From positions 224,001 to 288,000 of the forward strand of contig JBFWNU010000003.1 of NCBI GenBank assembly GCA_050250895.1: a stretch of DNA of 64,000 bases, written 5' to 3'. Below, piece by piece: positions 9,392 to 25,348 of the stretch (the stretch's first letter is position 1; each line of letters begins with the position of its first letter). The translations under genes and the position numbers were made by a program. The notes beneath the pieces were generated by a model that was not told the DNA's origin, searched no databases, and saw only the letters and a program-made list of their open reading frames with translations. The stretch comes from Vulcanimicrobiota bacterium. Its GTDB lineage: Bacteria; Vulcanimicrobiota; Xenobia; Xenobiales; JADMJV01.

Positions 9392-12289
9392 ATGAAACGA
9401 GGAAGGCGAAGTGAAATCGGCGTGCCTGATTCACCGCCTCTGAGAATACTGGTAGTAGAAGACCACGAGCCTTCTCTCAAGGCTCTCCGGCTTTCGCTTG
9501 AAGACTGGGGACACACTGTGCTGGCCATGGCCGACGGTAGCGCGGCCCTGGCGGCCCTCGAGCAAGACGCGAGATTTCAGTTGATGATCACCGATTGGCG
9601 ACTGCCGGGCCTCGACGGGCTGACCCTGTGCCGTCGAGTTCGGCAGATTTCGGGCCACTATATCCACGTGATCGTGATGACCGCGCGCAATGAGCGCTCG
9701 GACCGGGTCACGGCTCTGCAGGCCGGCGCCGACGCTTTTCTGGATAAGCCCCTCGACATGCAAGAGCTGCGCTCGCAGTTATTGGTGGCCAGCCGGATCA
9801 TCGACCTCGAGAACCGGCTCGGCCGCCAGGTGGAGGAATTACAGAAAGCCCACCGGGGGCTGACCGAGCAGAGCCAGATTAGCGAGACCCTGCGCAGCCT
9901 GGGCATCGAATTGGCCGCCGAGCTCGATCCAGACCGCCTGCTGCGCTCGGTGGTCGAGGCCGGACGTCGACTGACGAAAGCCGAACTGGTGGCCTTTGCC
10001 TACAGCGACCCAGATGACCCGCGCATCGTGGTGACGGCTCGGCCGCGGCCGTGCGAGCCGGAAGAGCTGCTGACCTATTCGCCCCCCGGGGCTGAGGTGA
10101 GCTTGCGGGTGGAAGACTTGTGGTCCAAAGATGAGAAGGCCCCGCTGCGGTCGTTTCTCAGCATGCCGGTGATGGCGGGGGCGGGCGATAGTCTGGGCAG
10201 CCTCTATTTCGGCCACCGTGAGCCGGGCGGTTTTTCCAACCGCGAAGTGCAACTGGCTCAGGGATTGGCGGCCCAGGCGGCGGTGGCCCTGGACAACGCC
10301 CGTTTGCATCTGCGTTCCCAGGTGAACCAGCGTCGCCTGGAAGAGAAGAACCAGGAACTCTCCAGCCGTTACGAGCAGCTGAACCTGTTGCGCCGCGAGG
10401 CTCAGGCCATCCAGCGAAAGCTCGAGAAGGTGCTCTCGGGCATTCAAGAAGCCTTTGTATTGCTGGATTCGAACTGCCGCTACGTCTATTTCAACCAGCC
10501 AGCCGCCGAAATGGCCGGGGCCACCGACGAGGATTTGGTGGGGCGCAGCTTCTGGGAGATGTTTCCCGACCTGGTGGGCACCCAGCTCGACAAGGCTCTC
10601 ACCACCGCCCGCGGGGATAGCGTGGTGCGCTTGGATGAGTATTATGCCAGTCGTGGACGCTGGTACGAGCATCGCGTGCATTCTTCTCGAGAGGGCTTGC
10701 TGTCAGTGTTTACCGCCGATATCACGGAAACGCGCAGGGCCGAATTGGCGGCTCGCAAGGCCGAACTCTGGCTGCAAGCGATCTTCGACCAATCGTCGGG
10801 CTTTTTCGCGATTCTTAGTCCCGACGGCCGGGTGCTGGTGGTCAATCAGGCTTCGCTGGATGTGGCCGGACTCGAGCGCGAAGAGGTGGTCGATCGGCCG
10901 GCCTGGGAGACCTGCTGGTGGGATGACCCCGCAGATCGCCAGGAGCTGCGCCGAGAGATCGCCGAGGCCGCCCAGGGCCAGGGGGTGGTCCGCGAGTGTA
11001 GTTATCAGGGCGCCGGCCAGGAGCGCCGTTTTCTCAACCGCTCCTTGACCCCCATTCGAGACGAGACCGGGCAAGTGATCTATGTCTTGCTCGAGGGTGT
11101 CGATATCACCGAGCAAAAGTCGGCTCAATCCGAGCTCGAGCGAGCTCGCGATCAGGCCCTGCTGGCCAATCGCATGAAGTCCGAATTTCTGGCCAATATG
11201 AGCCATGAGATTCGCACCCCGCTCAGCGGCATTCGCGGCATGACCGACTTTTTGCTCGACACCGAATTAGACCCCGAGCAGCGAGAATTTGCCGAGACCA
11301 TCTCGCAATGTGCCGAGGGCCTCTTAGCTGTGGTCAGCGATGTGCTCGACCTTTCGCGGATCGAGGCAGGCCAGCTCGAGCTTCGCGAGACCGCCTTCGC
11401 TTTGCGCGAGGTGGTCTCGAATGCGACTGGCATCTTCCGGTATCGGGCCGAAGAGAAGGGCGTCGAGCTGCATTGGCAGGTGGCCGAAGACCTCCCCGAG
11501 TTGCTCCACGGCGACCCGGACCGCTTGCGCCAGATCCTGGTGAACTTCATCAGCAACGCCACCAAGTTCACCGACGAAGGTGAGATTAGCGTGAGGGCCC
11601 TGGCTAGCCAGGACGGCCGGTTGCGGCTCGAGGTACAGGACACCGGTATCGGCATCTCCCAAGAGGCGGGGCGCCGGCTATTTCAGCCCTTCTCGCAGGT
11701 GGACAGTTCACCCAGTCGTCGTTACGGGGGAACGGGCCTGGGTCTATCGATCGTGCGCCGACTGGCTGTCTTGATGGGCGGCGAGGCCCACTTCGCCAGC
11801 GAGGTCGGAGCCGGCTCGACCTTTTGGTGTGACCTGCCTCTGCAGCCGGCCGAGGCACTGGCCGTTGGAGAGACGCCGCCATCCTGCAATGCCCTGGGCG
11901 AGCACGCCGCCGGTCTGCGGGTGCTGGTGGCCGAAGACAACCCCATCAACCGCAGGGTCGTCCTGCTACAGTTGCAGAAGATGGGAGTCGCCGCCGAAGC
12001 GGTCGCCAACGGCCGAGAGGCGATCGAGGCGGCTAAGCGCGAGCCGTTCGACCTGATCTTGATGGACTGCCAGATGCCCGAACTCGATGGCTACGAGGCC
12101 ACCCGTCGTCTAAGAGCCGCAGGCCATGACACGGTGGTGGTGGCCCTGACCGCCCATGCCCTCAAAGGGGAGCGTCAGAAGTGCCTGGCTGCGGGTATGA
12201 ACGATTTTCTAGCCAAGCCCACCTCGGCCATCGACCTCGAAGCCGCTCTCTATCGCTGGTGTGTCGAGCGGGTCACTGGCTGTCATTGA
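9392..12289 (+). CDS. hybrid sensor histidine kinase (REC-GAF-PAS-PAS-HisKA-HATPase-REC)
   Basis: [36 protein letters not shown]. Confidence 0.95.
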   Translation: MKRGRRSEIGVPDSPPLRILVVEDHEPSLKALRLSLEDWGHTVLAMADGSAALAALEQDARFQLMITDWRLPGLDGLTLCRRVRQISGHYIHVIVMTARNERSDRVTALQAGADAFLDKPLDMQELRSQLLVASRIIDLENRLGRQVEELQKAHRGLTEQSQISETLRSLGIELAAELDPDRLLRSVVEAGRRLTKAELVAFAYSDPDDPRIVVTARPRPCEPEELLTYSPPGAEVSLRVEDLWSKDEKAPLRSFLSMPVMAGAGDSLGSLYFGHREPGGFSNREVQLAQGLAAQAAVALDNARLHLRSQVNQRRLEEKNQELSSRYEQLNLLRREAQAIQRKLEKVLSGIQEAFVLLDSNCRYVYFNQPAAEMAGATDEDLVGRSFWEMFPDLVGTQLDKALTTARGDSVVRLDEYYASRGRWYEHRVHSSREGLLSVFTADITETRRAELAARKAELWLQAIFDQSSGFFAILSPDGRVLVVNQASLDVAGLEREEVVDRPAWETCWWDDPADRQELRREIAEAAQGQGVVRECSYQGAGQERRFLNRSLTPIRDETGQVIYVLLEGVDITEQKSAQSELERARDQALLANRMKSEFLANMSHEIRTPLSGIRGMTDFLLDTELDPEQREFAETISQCAEGLLAVVSDVLDLSRIEAGQLELRETAFALREVVSNATGIFRYRAEEKGVELHWQVAEDLPELLHGDPDRLRQILVNFISNATKFTDEGEISVRALASQDGRLRLEVQDTGIGISQEAGRRLFQPFSQVDSSPSRRYGGTGLGLSIVRRLAVLMGGEAHFASEVGAGSTFWCDLPLQPAEALAVGETPPSCNALGEHAAGLRVLVAEDNPINRRVVLLQLQKMGVAAEAVANGREAIEAAKREPFDLILMDCQMPELDGYEATRRLRAAGHDTVVVALTAHALKGERQKCLAAGMNDFLAKPTSAIDLEAALYRWCVERVTGCH

Positions 12290-12647
12290 GCAGCTTGGCC
12301 ACGTGACGCATGACGTCACCAGTGGCGTAGGGCTTGACGAAGTAGCCCGCAAAGTTGGGGAACTGGCGAGCGCGATCGAAGTCCTCGCGCGAACTCTTGG
12401 CCGTGAAGATGACCACGGGAACGTCACCGAGTTCGGGTGACTCGGCCATCAAACCGCAGATCTCCCAACCGTTCTTGCCAGGTAGCATGATATCGAGCAA
12501 AACCAGGTCGGGGGTCACCGCCTCGAGTTCCTCCACGGCTCGAAGGCCGTCAAAGACCGGCACCACTTCGTAGCCGGCTCGGTTGAGATTGTACTGGAGA
12601 ACTTCGTTGAGGGCCTCGTCATCTTCGACCACCATAATACGAGCCAT
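12273..12647 (-). CDS. single-domain response regulator
   Basis: IMVVEDD, LLDIMLP, FTAK, KPY. Confidence 0.9.
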   Translation of the reverse strand: MARIMVVEDDEALNEVLQYNLNRAGYEVVPVFDGLRAVEELEAVTPDLVLLDIMLPGKNGWEICGLMAESPELGDVPVVIFTAKSSREDFDRARQFPNFAGYFVKPYATGDVMRHVAKLLNDSQ

Positions 12648-12657
12648 AGGACTGACT

Positions 12658-14202
12658 TCAGGAGGCTGGGCCCGATTCCCTTCGCGCTCCCGGTCCCTCT
12701 ACTGGCAGTAGAATCCGAAAGGTCGTTCCCTCACCCAGGTTACTCTCCACTGCGATCTTGCCTCCGTGGACGCGCACGATCTGATGGACGATCGACAGCC
12801 CCAGGCCGGCCCCTCCGACCTTGACGTTGCGGGCGGCGTCAACTCGGTAGAAACGCTCGAAGAGATGGGGAAGATGTTCGGGGGCAATGCCCGGACCCTC
12901 GTCGGCCACCACGATCTCGACCCGGCTGCCTTGCTGGCTGATCATGACTCTCACGCATTTGTCGTCGGGAGTGTGGCGCAGGGCGTTGTCGACCAGATTG
13001 AGCAGCATCTGCACCAGGCGGTCACGGTCGGCGCGCAGGTTGGGCAAGCCCGGTTCGAGCCCGACCTCGACGGCCTTTTCGGGCCCCCGTCCTTGCCGCG
13101 CCGTCGAAACGGCCTCATCCACCACCTCGTGCAGGTCCACGTCGGACAGAGTCGAGGCCAGGTTTCCGCTCTCGATCTGGGCCAGGTCGAGCAACTGCGT
13201 GGCCAGGCGGGCCAGGCGATCAGTCTGAGTGATGATTCGGGGTAGGAAGCGCTGGTTCAGAGCGGGGTCCTCTTCGCCGTGGGTCACCATGGTTTCGGCC
13301 ATGCCTCGGATGGCAGCTAGCGGTGCCCGTAGCTCGTGAGAGACGTCTGAAACGTAGCGCCGGCGCAATCCTTCCAGCCCCTGCAGGCGCTCGGCCATGG
13401 CGTTGAGGGTGCGGGCCAGTTCTTCGACCTCGACCGTGCCCTCGACGGGGACGCGTTCTTCCAGGTCCCCTCGGGCCAGTTTCTGAGCCCCGCGATTGAG
13501 GGCTTCAACCGGTCTAGCCAGGTTGGTCGCCAGCCAAAAGGTCAGAGCCACGATCAACACCGCATAGGCGGTCACCCCGGCTATTAGCGAGCGCCGGATG
13601 CGGCGCACCTTTTCGAGCACCTGGCGCAAGGAATAGGACACGCGCACGGCCCCCACGATCTGGTCTCCGGAATGGACGGGAACGTTGACATACATCGTTT
13701 CTTCATAGTCGCGTTGAGGACTCTTCCAGGTGGTGGAATTGTCGTGGCCGTGGACGGCGTCCGCTAGACCGGGGGCCAGATCCTCGGTGACCGGGTGGCC
13801 GATGGCCAGGCTGGCAAAGCCCGCCGTGCCCGCCCGCACGATCCCCTTCTGGTCCGCGATGATGAGGCGAATGCCGGTGTGACGGTCCCAGCGGTCGACC
13901 ACCGTCTCGAGTTGCATGACGTCGGCACCGCCGGCGAGTAGGGGAACCACGTCTTCGGCGATCAAGAAGGCGTCAGAACGTAGCCGACCTTCGAGTTCCT
14001 GCAAGAAGAAGCCCCACAAGAGGGTGGCCAGCAGGGTCGAGAAGATCAGCAAGGGAATGCCGATGGCTAACAGACTGCTGCCGATCAGCTGCCAGCGTAT
14101 GGTTCGGAACGGGTTGCGCAACGGCCCTCCTGGCTCGGGTGGCAGGACATGTTCGCGCGGATGGTCGAAACTGAACTGTCCTTTAGATCTGAGCTTTCCC
14201 AC
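12658..14202 (-). CDS. membrane HAMP sensor histidine kinase
   Basis: Two TM helices, HAMP, VSHELRAPL, NALRH, GAGLGL; start codon uncertain. Confidence 0.92.
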   Translation of the reverse strand: MGKLRSKGQFSFDHPREHVLPPEPGGPLRNPFRTIRWQLIGSSLLAIGIPLLIFSTLLATLLWGFFLQELEGRLRSDAFLIAEDVVPLLAGGADVMQLETVVDRWDRHTGIRLIIADQKGIVRAGTAGFASLAIGHPVTEDLAPGLADAVHGHDNSTTWKSPQRDYEETMYVNVPVHSGDQIVGAVRVSYSLRQVLEKVRRIRRSLIAGVTAYAVLIVALTFWLATNLARPVEALNRGAQKLARGDLEERVPVEGTVEVEELARTLNAMAERLQGLEGLRRRYVSDVSHELRAPLAAIRGMAETMVTHGEEDPALNQRFLPRIITQTDRLARLATQLLDLAQIESGNLASTLSDVDLHEVVDEAVSTARQGRGPEKAVEVGLEPGLPNLRADRDRLVQMLLNLVDNALRHTPDDKCVRVMISQQGSRVEIVVADEGPGIAPEHLPHLFERFYRVDAARNVKVGGAGLGLSIVHQIVRVHGGKIAVESNLGEGTTFRILLPVEGPGARRESGPAS

Positions 14203-14252
14203 CGTTCTGCTAGGAACGGTCAGCTCCTTTTTACCTACTAGGAGGATGCTAA

Positions 14253-20579
<6,327 letters not shown>

Positions 20580-20650
20580 CGCCGGGTGGGTGGGTTCGCC
20601 GAGAAGCAAGGATTAGAGGGGCGATTTCTGACAATAGGGAATCTCCTTTC

Positions 20651-22135
20651 ATGTTGCGTTCCAAATTGTTCCTGCTGATCGCTGTCTTGCTAGTCGGTAT
20701 GGCCGATGCCTACGAGACTGTAAGCGTTACTCCGGGGAGTGTAGAGGCCGAGAACATTCAGATGGCTATCGACTTCTTGCTCAGCGAACCCCAACTCGCC
20801 CCTTACGGCAAGCTTGCCCAAGCCCACCTGGCGGCGGGCAAGTATTACGTCAAGCGCAAAGAGCGCGGCGAAAGTGTGGATACCGAGACCAACAATTCGA
20901 GCAACGACACTTACGTGGATGGCGACTTGATTCCTCAGAAGAAGTTTGATCCAAGCAGCTGCTTTGATGACTACAATATCATCCGGCTGGCGGTGACCTT
21001 GATGCACGAGGCGATCCATACTCAGCAAGGCAAGTGGCAGAGGACTTTCTCGTGCATTTACAACGGGCTCTACATGGGACACGGCGCCGAGAGGATCTGC
21101 TGGGGCGAGACGCTTTTTCTTCTGGACCAGGTGATCAACGAGCACATGCTGCGGCGCAAGAAGCACGGCGCGACCCTTAAGGCGATGCGTAAGGAAATGG
21201 CCATGATCGACGTCAAGTTGTTTTTGCTGAGTTCTTACGAGAGTGAACACAAGAAGAACTATGGCAACCTCGGTCTGAGTTACATCTCCCTACCCTACGA
21301 CGACAAGCCTCCCGTGGATCCTTCGCCGGAAGACCCTATTCCACCGCTGGTTGACTATCTCGAGAAGGAGCGCAAAAAGCTCTACGAGCAGATCGTGGAC
21401 CTCAAAGAGAGGCAGTTGCAAGAAGAGAACCCTGGTCTCGAGTCCGGTCAGACCGAGAAATCGGACGACCCGCCAGCGCCGCCGAAAGAGTATGTGTTTG
21501 TTCCTCCAGGTCTGCAAGAGAAGGACTGTGAAATCGCGTGGACAGCCACCGGGGAACAAGCCGGCCACGTGCTGGATGTCACCCTCGAGAATAAGACCTC
21601 TCAGGAGTTTGACTTCCCGTTCATTCCCGGCATCGTGCTGGTGTGCGACGGTGCGTCACGGGTGGTAGTCTTGCGCAGTGAGCCCGTGACGCTGATTCCT
21701 GGCGCGACTGTCACTGCTTCCGTCGAAGGATTCTTGCTCGACGCGAATCCCGCCCCGTCGGGCTCCTCGGTCGACTACCGGGTCGGGAGCCTGTCCAGCT
21801 ATGGCGAACTTGGGCAAGTGGTGGCCCGCGGCCACGTCTTGATACCGGCCGATCGTTTGCCGGTGTCGGCTTATCGTCAAAGGGTACTGCGCGCGGCCGT
21901 GTTGACCTCGCTGGGTCGGTATAGCCGCGAGCAGGCCGAAAAGGAACTGGCGGTGGAACTCGGTCCGGAGTCTGCGGCCCGGGCGGTGGAGACCATGTGG
22001 AGCGACATCCATCGCGTCCTTGGCTTGCGCCCCGGCCAGGGACCGCGCCCCATAGAGAAAGGGACAGCCGGGATGGACCGGGAGGGAGACGACGGTGAAT
22101 TTCTCAAACCGCTTTGCCCGCCTGGTTCGCAATAG
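20651..22135 (+). CDS. secreted hypothetical protein with HExxH motif (putative zincin metalloprotease)
   Basis: Signal peptide; LAVTLMHEAIH with a downstream E (GAERIC). Confidence 0.65.
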   Translation: MLRSKLFLLIAVLLVGMADAYETVSVTPGSVEAENIQMAIDFLLSEPQLAPYGKLAQAHLAAGKYYVKRKERGESVDTETNNSSNDTYVDGDLIPQKKFDPSSCFDDYNIIRLAVTLMHEAIHTQQGKWQRTFSCIYNGLYMGHGAERICWGETLFLLDQVINEHMLRRKKHGATLKAMRKEMAMIDVKLFLLSSYESEHKKNYGNLGLSYISLPYDDKPPVDPSPEDPIPPLVDYLEKERKKLYEQIVDLKERQLQEENPGLESGQTEKSDDPPAPPKEYVFVPPGLQEKDCEIAWTATGEQAGHVLDVTLENKTSQEFDFPFIPGIVLVCDGASRVVVLRSEPVTLIPGATVTASVEGFLLDANPAPSGSSVDYRVGSLSSYGELGQVVARGHVLIPADRLPVSAYRQRVLRAAVLTSLGRYSREQAEKELAVELGPESAARAVETMWSDIHRVLGLRPGQGPRPIEKGTAGMDREGDDGEFLKPLCPPGSQ

Positions 22136-22427
22136 CCTGTTCGTTCTTTTGTTGCTGACTCTCGGGGCAGCCGCAGATCAGGCCACCGCCAAACTCAAGG
22201 TTGCTGGTATGAGCTGCGAGACGGGTTGCGTGCCCCACGTGAGAGAACTCCTCGGTCGATTGCCCGGAGTTGTTGAAGTGGTCGAGGTGAAGCTCGCCGG
22301 TCTCACTGCCACGGTGCGTTTTGACGATCGGATCACCTCCCCCGACCAGATTGCCAGAGGTCTTGAAGAAGCCAGCGCTCGGCGCTATCTAGCCAGGCCG
22401 CTGCCTCCAGGCGACCCGCCTGGCTAG
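22095..22427 (+). CDS. exported heavy-metal-associated (HMA, MerP/CopZ-like) protein
   Basis: Signal peptide; KLKVAGMSCETGC; ATVRFD. Confidence 0.8.
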   Translation: MNFSNRFARLVRNSLFVLLLLTLGAAADQATAKLKVAGMSCETGCVPHVRELLGRLPGVVEVVEVKLAGLTATVRFDDRITSPDQIARGLEEASARRYLARPLPPGDPPG

Positions 22428-23810
22428 CTACGCCTGAGCCGAGACGGCGTCGAACTGCTGGCCGTTTTTCTCGGCCGTCTGGCGGATGAAGCTGGTAATG
22501 TGGGGGGCCACCTCCCGGCGCCACTTGCTGCCCGAGAAGATGCCGTAGTGGCCGGCCCCCTCCTGCAAATAGTGCTGATGCTGGTCGGGGGCCAGACCGC
22601 TGCAGAGCTGGTGGGCGGCGGTGGTCTGGCCGGGAGGCGAGATGTCGTCGCGCTCGCCTTCGACGGTGAGCAGGGCCGTCTTTCTGATGGCCGCGGGGTC
22701 GACCGGGGCGCCGAAGTGGGTCATCTGGCCTTTGGCTAGATCCTGGTCCTGAAAGACCTCTTGCACGGTCTCGAGATAGAAGCGGGCCGGCAGGTCGAGG
22801 ACGGCCAGGTATTCGTCGTAGAACTCTTCGGTCTTCTGGGCTCGGGCTTCGTTGCCGGTGGCCAGGTCTTTCCACAACTCGGCGTGCGAGCTGAGGTGGC
22901 GCGACGGGTTCATGCTCATGAACGCCGCTAGTTGCATAAAGCCCGGGTAGACTTTGCGGCCGGCCCCGGCATAGCCGCCGGGGACGACTCCGATCAGGTT
23001 CTGCTCGAAGAACTCGATGGGCTTGGATTGGGCGAATTCGGTCACTTCGCTGGCGGCGGCGCGGCTGTCGACGGGGCCCCCCATCAAGGTCAGGCTGGCC
23101 GGCTGGTGGGGAGAGTTCTCCTGGGCCAGGCGGGCCACCGCCGCCAGGGTGGGCACGGTGGGCTGGCAAACGGCCAGGACGTTGGCTCCCGGGCCCAGGT
23201 CGCCGATAAACTCCTTGACATAACTGATATAGTCGTCGACTCCGAAGTCGCCTTCGGCCAGGGGAACGTCCCGGGCATTCTTCCAGTCGGTGATGTAGAC
23301 ATCGTGATTGGGAAGCAGCTCTTCGACGGTCGAACGCAAGAGAGTTGCGTAGTGACCGGAGAGAGGAGCCACCAACAGCAGCTTGGGGTCGTTTCGCTGG
23401 GTGTCACGCTGGAAATGGAGCAAGCGTCCGAAGGCTTTGTCAGTAACGACCTCTTCGCGCACGGCCACGGTCTCGCCCCCGATGGTGGTCTGCTCGAGGC
23501 CGAAGCTCGGCTTGTCGTAGTCTTTGGCGACGCGATCGCAGAGCTGGCGCGAGGCGTCGAGCATGGCCGTGCCGGGAAAGCCCCAGAAGGAGGCCACGGC
23601 CGATTGCATCGAGAGGCCGGCCGCCAGGCTCGAGAACCACATTTTCTGGCCCAGTCGTCCGGCTTCGTGAGCTTGATAAAGCCAGGGATTGCAGCCGCTG
23701 TTGGCCTGGCTGAAGCGGTCGGATTCGGGCGCGGCCTGAGCCGGACCCTGCGAGGCACGGGCTATCCGGGGCGGCGTATAGGTTTTGCTCACGAGTGGAC
23801 GGATCATCAT
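22428..23810 (-). CDS. phaZ: polyhydroxyalkanoate depolymerase (intracellular PhaZ type)
   Basis: LLVAPLSGHYATLLR, YITDW, AVCQP catalytic box, VYPGFMQL, EGERDDI, GHYGIFSG; RBS GAGGAG before ATG 23810. Confidence 0.9.
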   Translation of the reverse strand: MMIRPLVSKTYTPPRIARASQGPAQAAPESDRFSQANSGCNPWLYQAHEAGRLGQKMWFSSLAAGLSMQSAVASFWGFPGTAMLDASRQLCDRVAKDYDKPSFGLEQTTIGGETVAVREEVVTDKAFGRLLHFQRDTQRNDPKLLLVAPLSGHYATLLRSTVEELLPNHDVYITDWKNARDVPLAEGDFGVDDYISYVKEFIGDLGPGANVLAVCQPTVPTLAAVARLAQENSPHQPASLTLMGGPVDSRAAASEVTEFAQSKPIEFFEQNLIGVVPGGYAGAGRKVYPGFMQLAAFMSMNPSRHLSSHAELWKDLATGNEARAQKTEEFYDEYLAVLDLPARFYLETVQEVFQDQDLAKGQMTHFGAPVDPAAIRKTALLTVEGERDDISPPGQTTAAHQLCSGLAPDQHQHYLQEGAGHYGIFSGSKWRREVAPHITSFIRQTAEKNGQQFDAVSAQA

Positions 23811-23900
23811 TCTCTCCTCGTGAGGTGAGCGTTGGAACCTCTCCCAGTGTGTCAGAACGGCCTGAAAGGAAGCTGAAGGCGCCGGTCGAACGCCGCTCGG

Positions 23901-25301
23901 ATGCACGAAGCGGTGGAAGGACTGTTCGTCCAGGGCGCCCTGGCCGAGGTGTGGGACCACTGCCGGCAGGAGAACATCGAACTGGCTTTGGTGGGGGGGG
24001 CGGTGCGAGACCGCCTGTTGGGCACCCCTACCAAGGATCTCGACCTGGTAGTCGAGCGCGATGCGTTTGCTCTGGCTAAACGCTTTGCCGATCAGCTTGG
24101 GGCGACCTTCGTACCGCTCGATCCCGAGCGCGAAATCGCCAGGCTGGCCCTAAAGGATGGCACCTGGCTTGACTTTGCCCTGCTGGTGGGCGACCGGCTC
24201 GAAGACGACCTGGCTAATCGCGATTTCACCATCAACGCCATGGCCATCCACCCGGACCGGGGCCTGGTCGACCCTCTAGGCGGGGCCGCCGATTTGGAGG
24301 AGGGGAGGCTGCGCTTGTGCGGCCCTGACACCCTGGTCAACGATCCGCTGCGCTGTTTGCGGGCGATTCGCATGCTGGCCCGCTATCCGTTCGAGCCGGC
24401 CGAAGGGCTGCTCGACGAGGTGCGGCGCGCCGTTCCCTGGCTTTCGCGGGTGAGCAGGGAGCGGGTGCGAGACGAGCTGTTCTTCATTCTCGAGGCCGGC
24501 GTCTCGCGGGTGCTCGACGCGATGGAGTATACGAATCTGTTGCTCTGGCTGTTCCCCGAGCTGGAAGACTGCCAGGGTTGCGAGCAGAACCACTTTCACC
24601 ATCTCGACGTTTTGGACCATACCCTGCTGGTGGTGCGTCATCTCGAGGCTCTCTCGAGCGAGGGTCTCGAGCTGCGGGTGGGTGAGCATCTAGCCAGGAG
24701 ACTGGTGCCTAACCGCTCGCGCTTCGCTTTGCTGAAGTTCTGTGCGTTCTTGCATGACCTGGGCAAACCGGCCACCCGATCGGTGGGCCACTCGGGGCGC
24801 ATCCATTTTCGCGGCCACGACCTGGTGGGAGCCGAGATGGCTGCGCAAGTGGCCGAGCGCTTCATGCTCAGTCGCCAGGAGATCCGCTACGTCGAGAAGC
24901 TGGTGCGCTTGCATCTCAAGCCGGTGGTCATGCCGGCTCGCGGGGCTGACGACCGCCAGTTGCACCGCTTCTTCCGCGAGGCCGGGGAAATGGCTCCCGA
25001 CCTGCTGGTGCATTCGCGCGCCGACGTGCTGGCCACCCGCGGGCCGGCCCAGTCCGACTGGCTGCTCGAGAGCCATCGCCTGTTCATGGAGTTGATGCTC
25101 GACGATTTCTTCGCGCAGGGTCCGTTGAGCGCTCCTCCGATGCCCTTGACCGGTGACGACCTGCTGGGACTGGGCTTAAAGCCTGGCTCCTGGATCGGCG
25201 CCCTGCTGGCGCAACTGCGAGAAGACGCGGTCGAGCACGATCTGTCTGACCGCGAGACCGCTTTGGCCTGGGCTCGACGGCTGGCTGAAAAGCTGTTGTG
25301 A
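23901..25301 (+). CDS. CCA tRNA nucleotidyltransferase / poly(A) polymerase family protein with HD domain
   Basis: VGGAVRD, DLD, RDFTINAMA, DPLRCLR, LHDLGK. Confidence 0.9.
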   Translation: MHEAVEGLFVQGALAEVWDHCRQENIELALVGGAVRDRLLGTPTKDLDLVVERDAFALAKRFADQLGATFVPLDPEREIARLALKDGTWLDFALLVGDRLEDDLANRDFTINAMAIHPDRGLVDPLGGAADLEEGRLRLCGPDTLVNDPLRCLRAIRMLARYPFEPAEGLLDEVRRAVPWLSRVSRERVRDELFFILEAGVSRVLDAMEYTNLLLWLFPELEDCQGCEQNHFHHLDVLDHTLLVVRHLEALSSEGLELRVGEHLARRLVPNRSRFALLKFCAFLHDLGKPATRSVGHSGRIHFRGHDLVGAEMAAQVAERFMLSRQEIRYVEKLVRLHLKPVVMPARGADDRQLHRFFREAGEMAPDLLVHSRADVLATRGPAQSDWLLESHRLFMELMLDDFFAQGPLSAPPMPLTGDDLLGLGLKPGSWIGALLAQLREDAVEHDLSDRETALAWARRLAEKLL

Positions 25302-25348
25302 CGGTCGGCATCGTCGCCAGGGCCGCCGCGAGTCGACACTGGGAGTGC

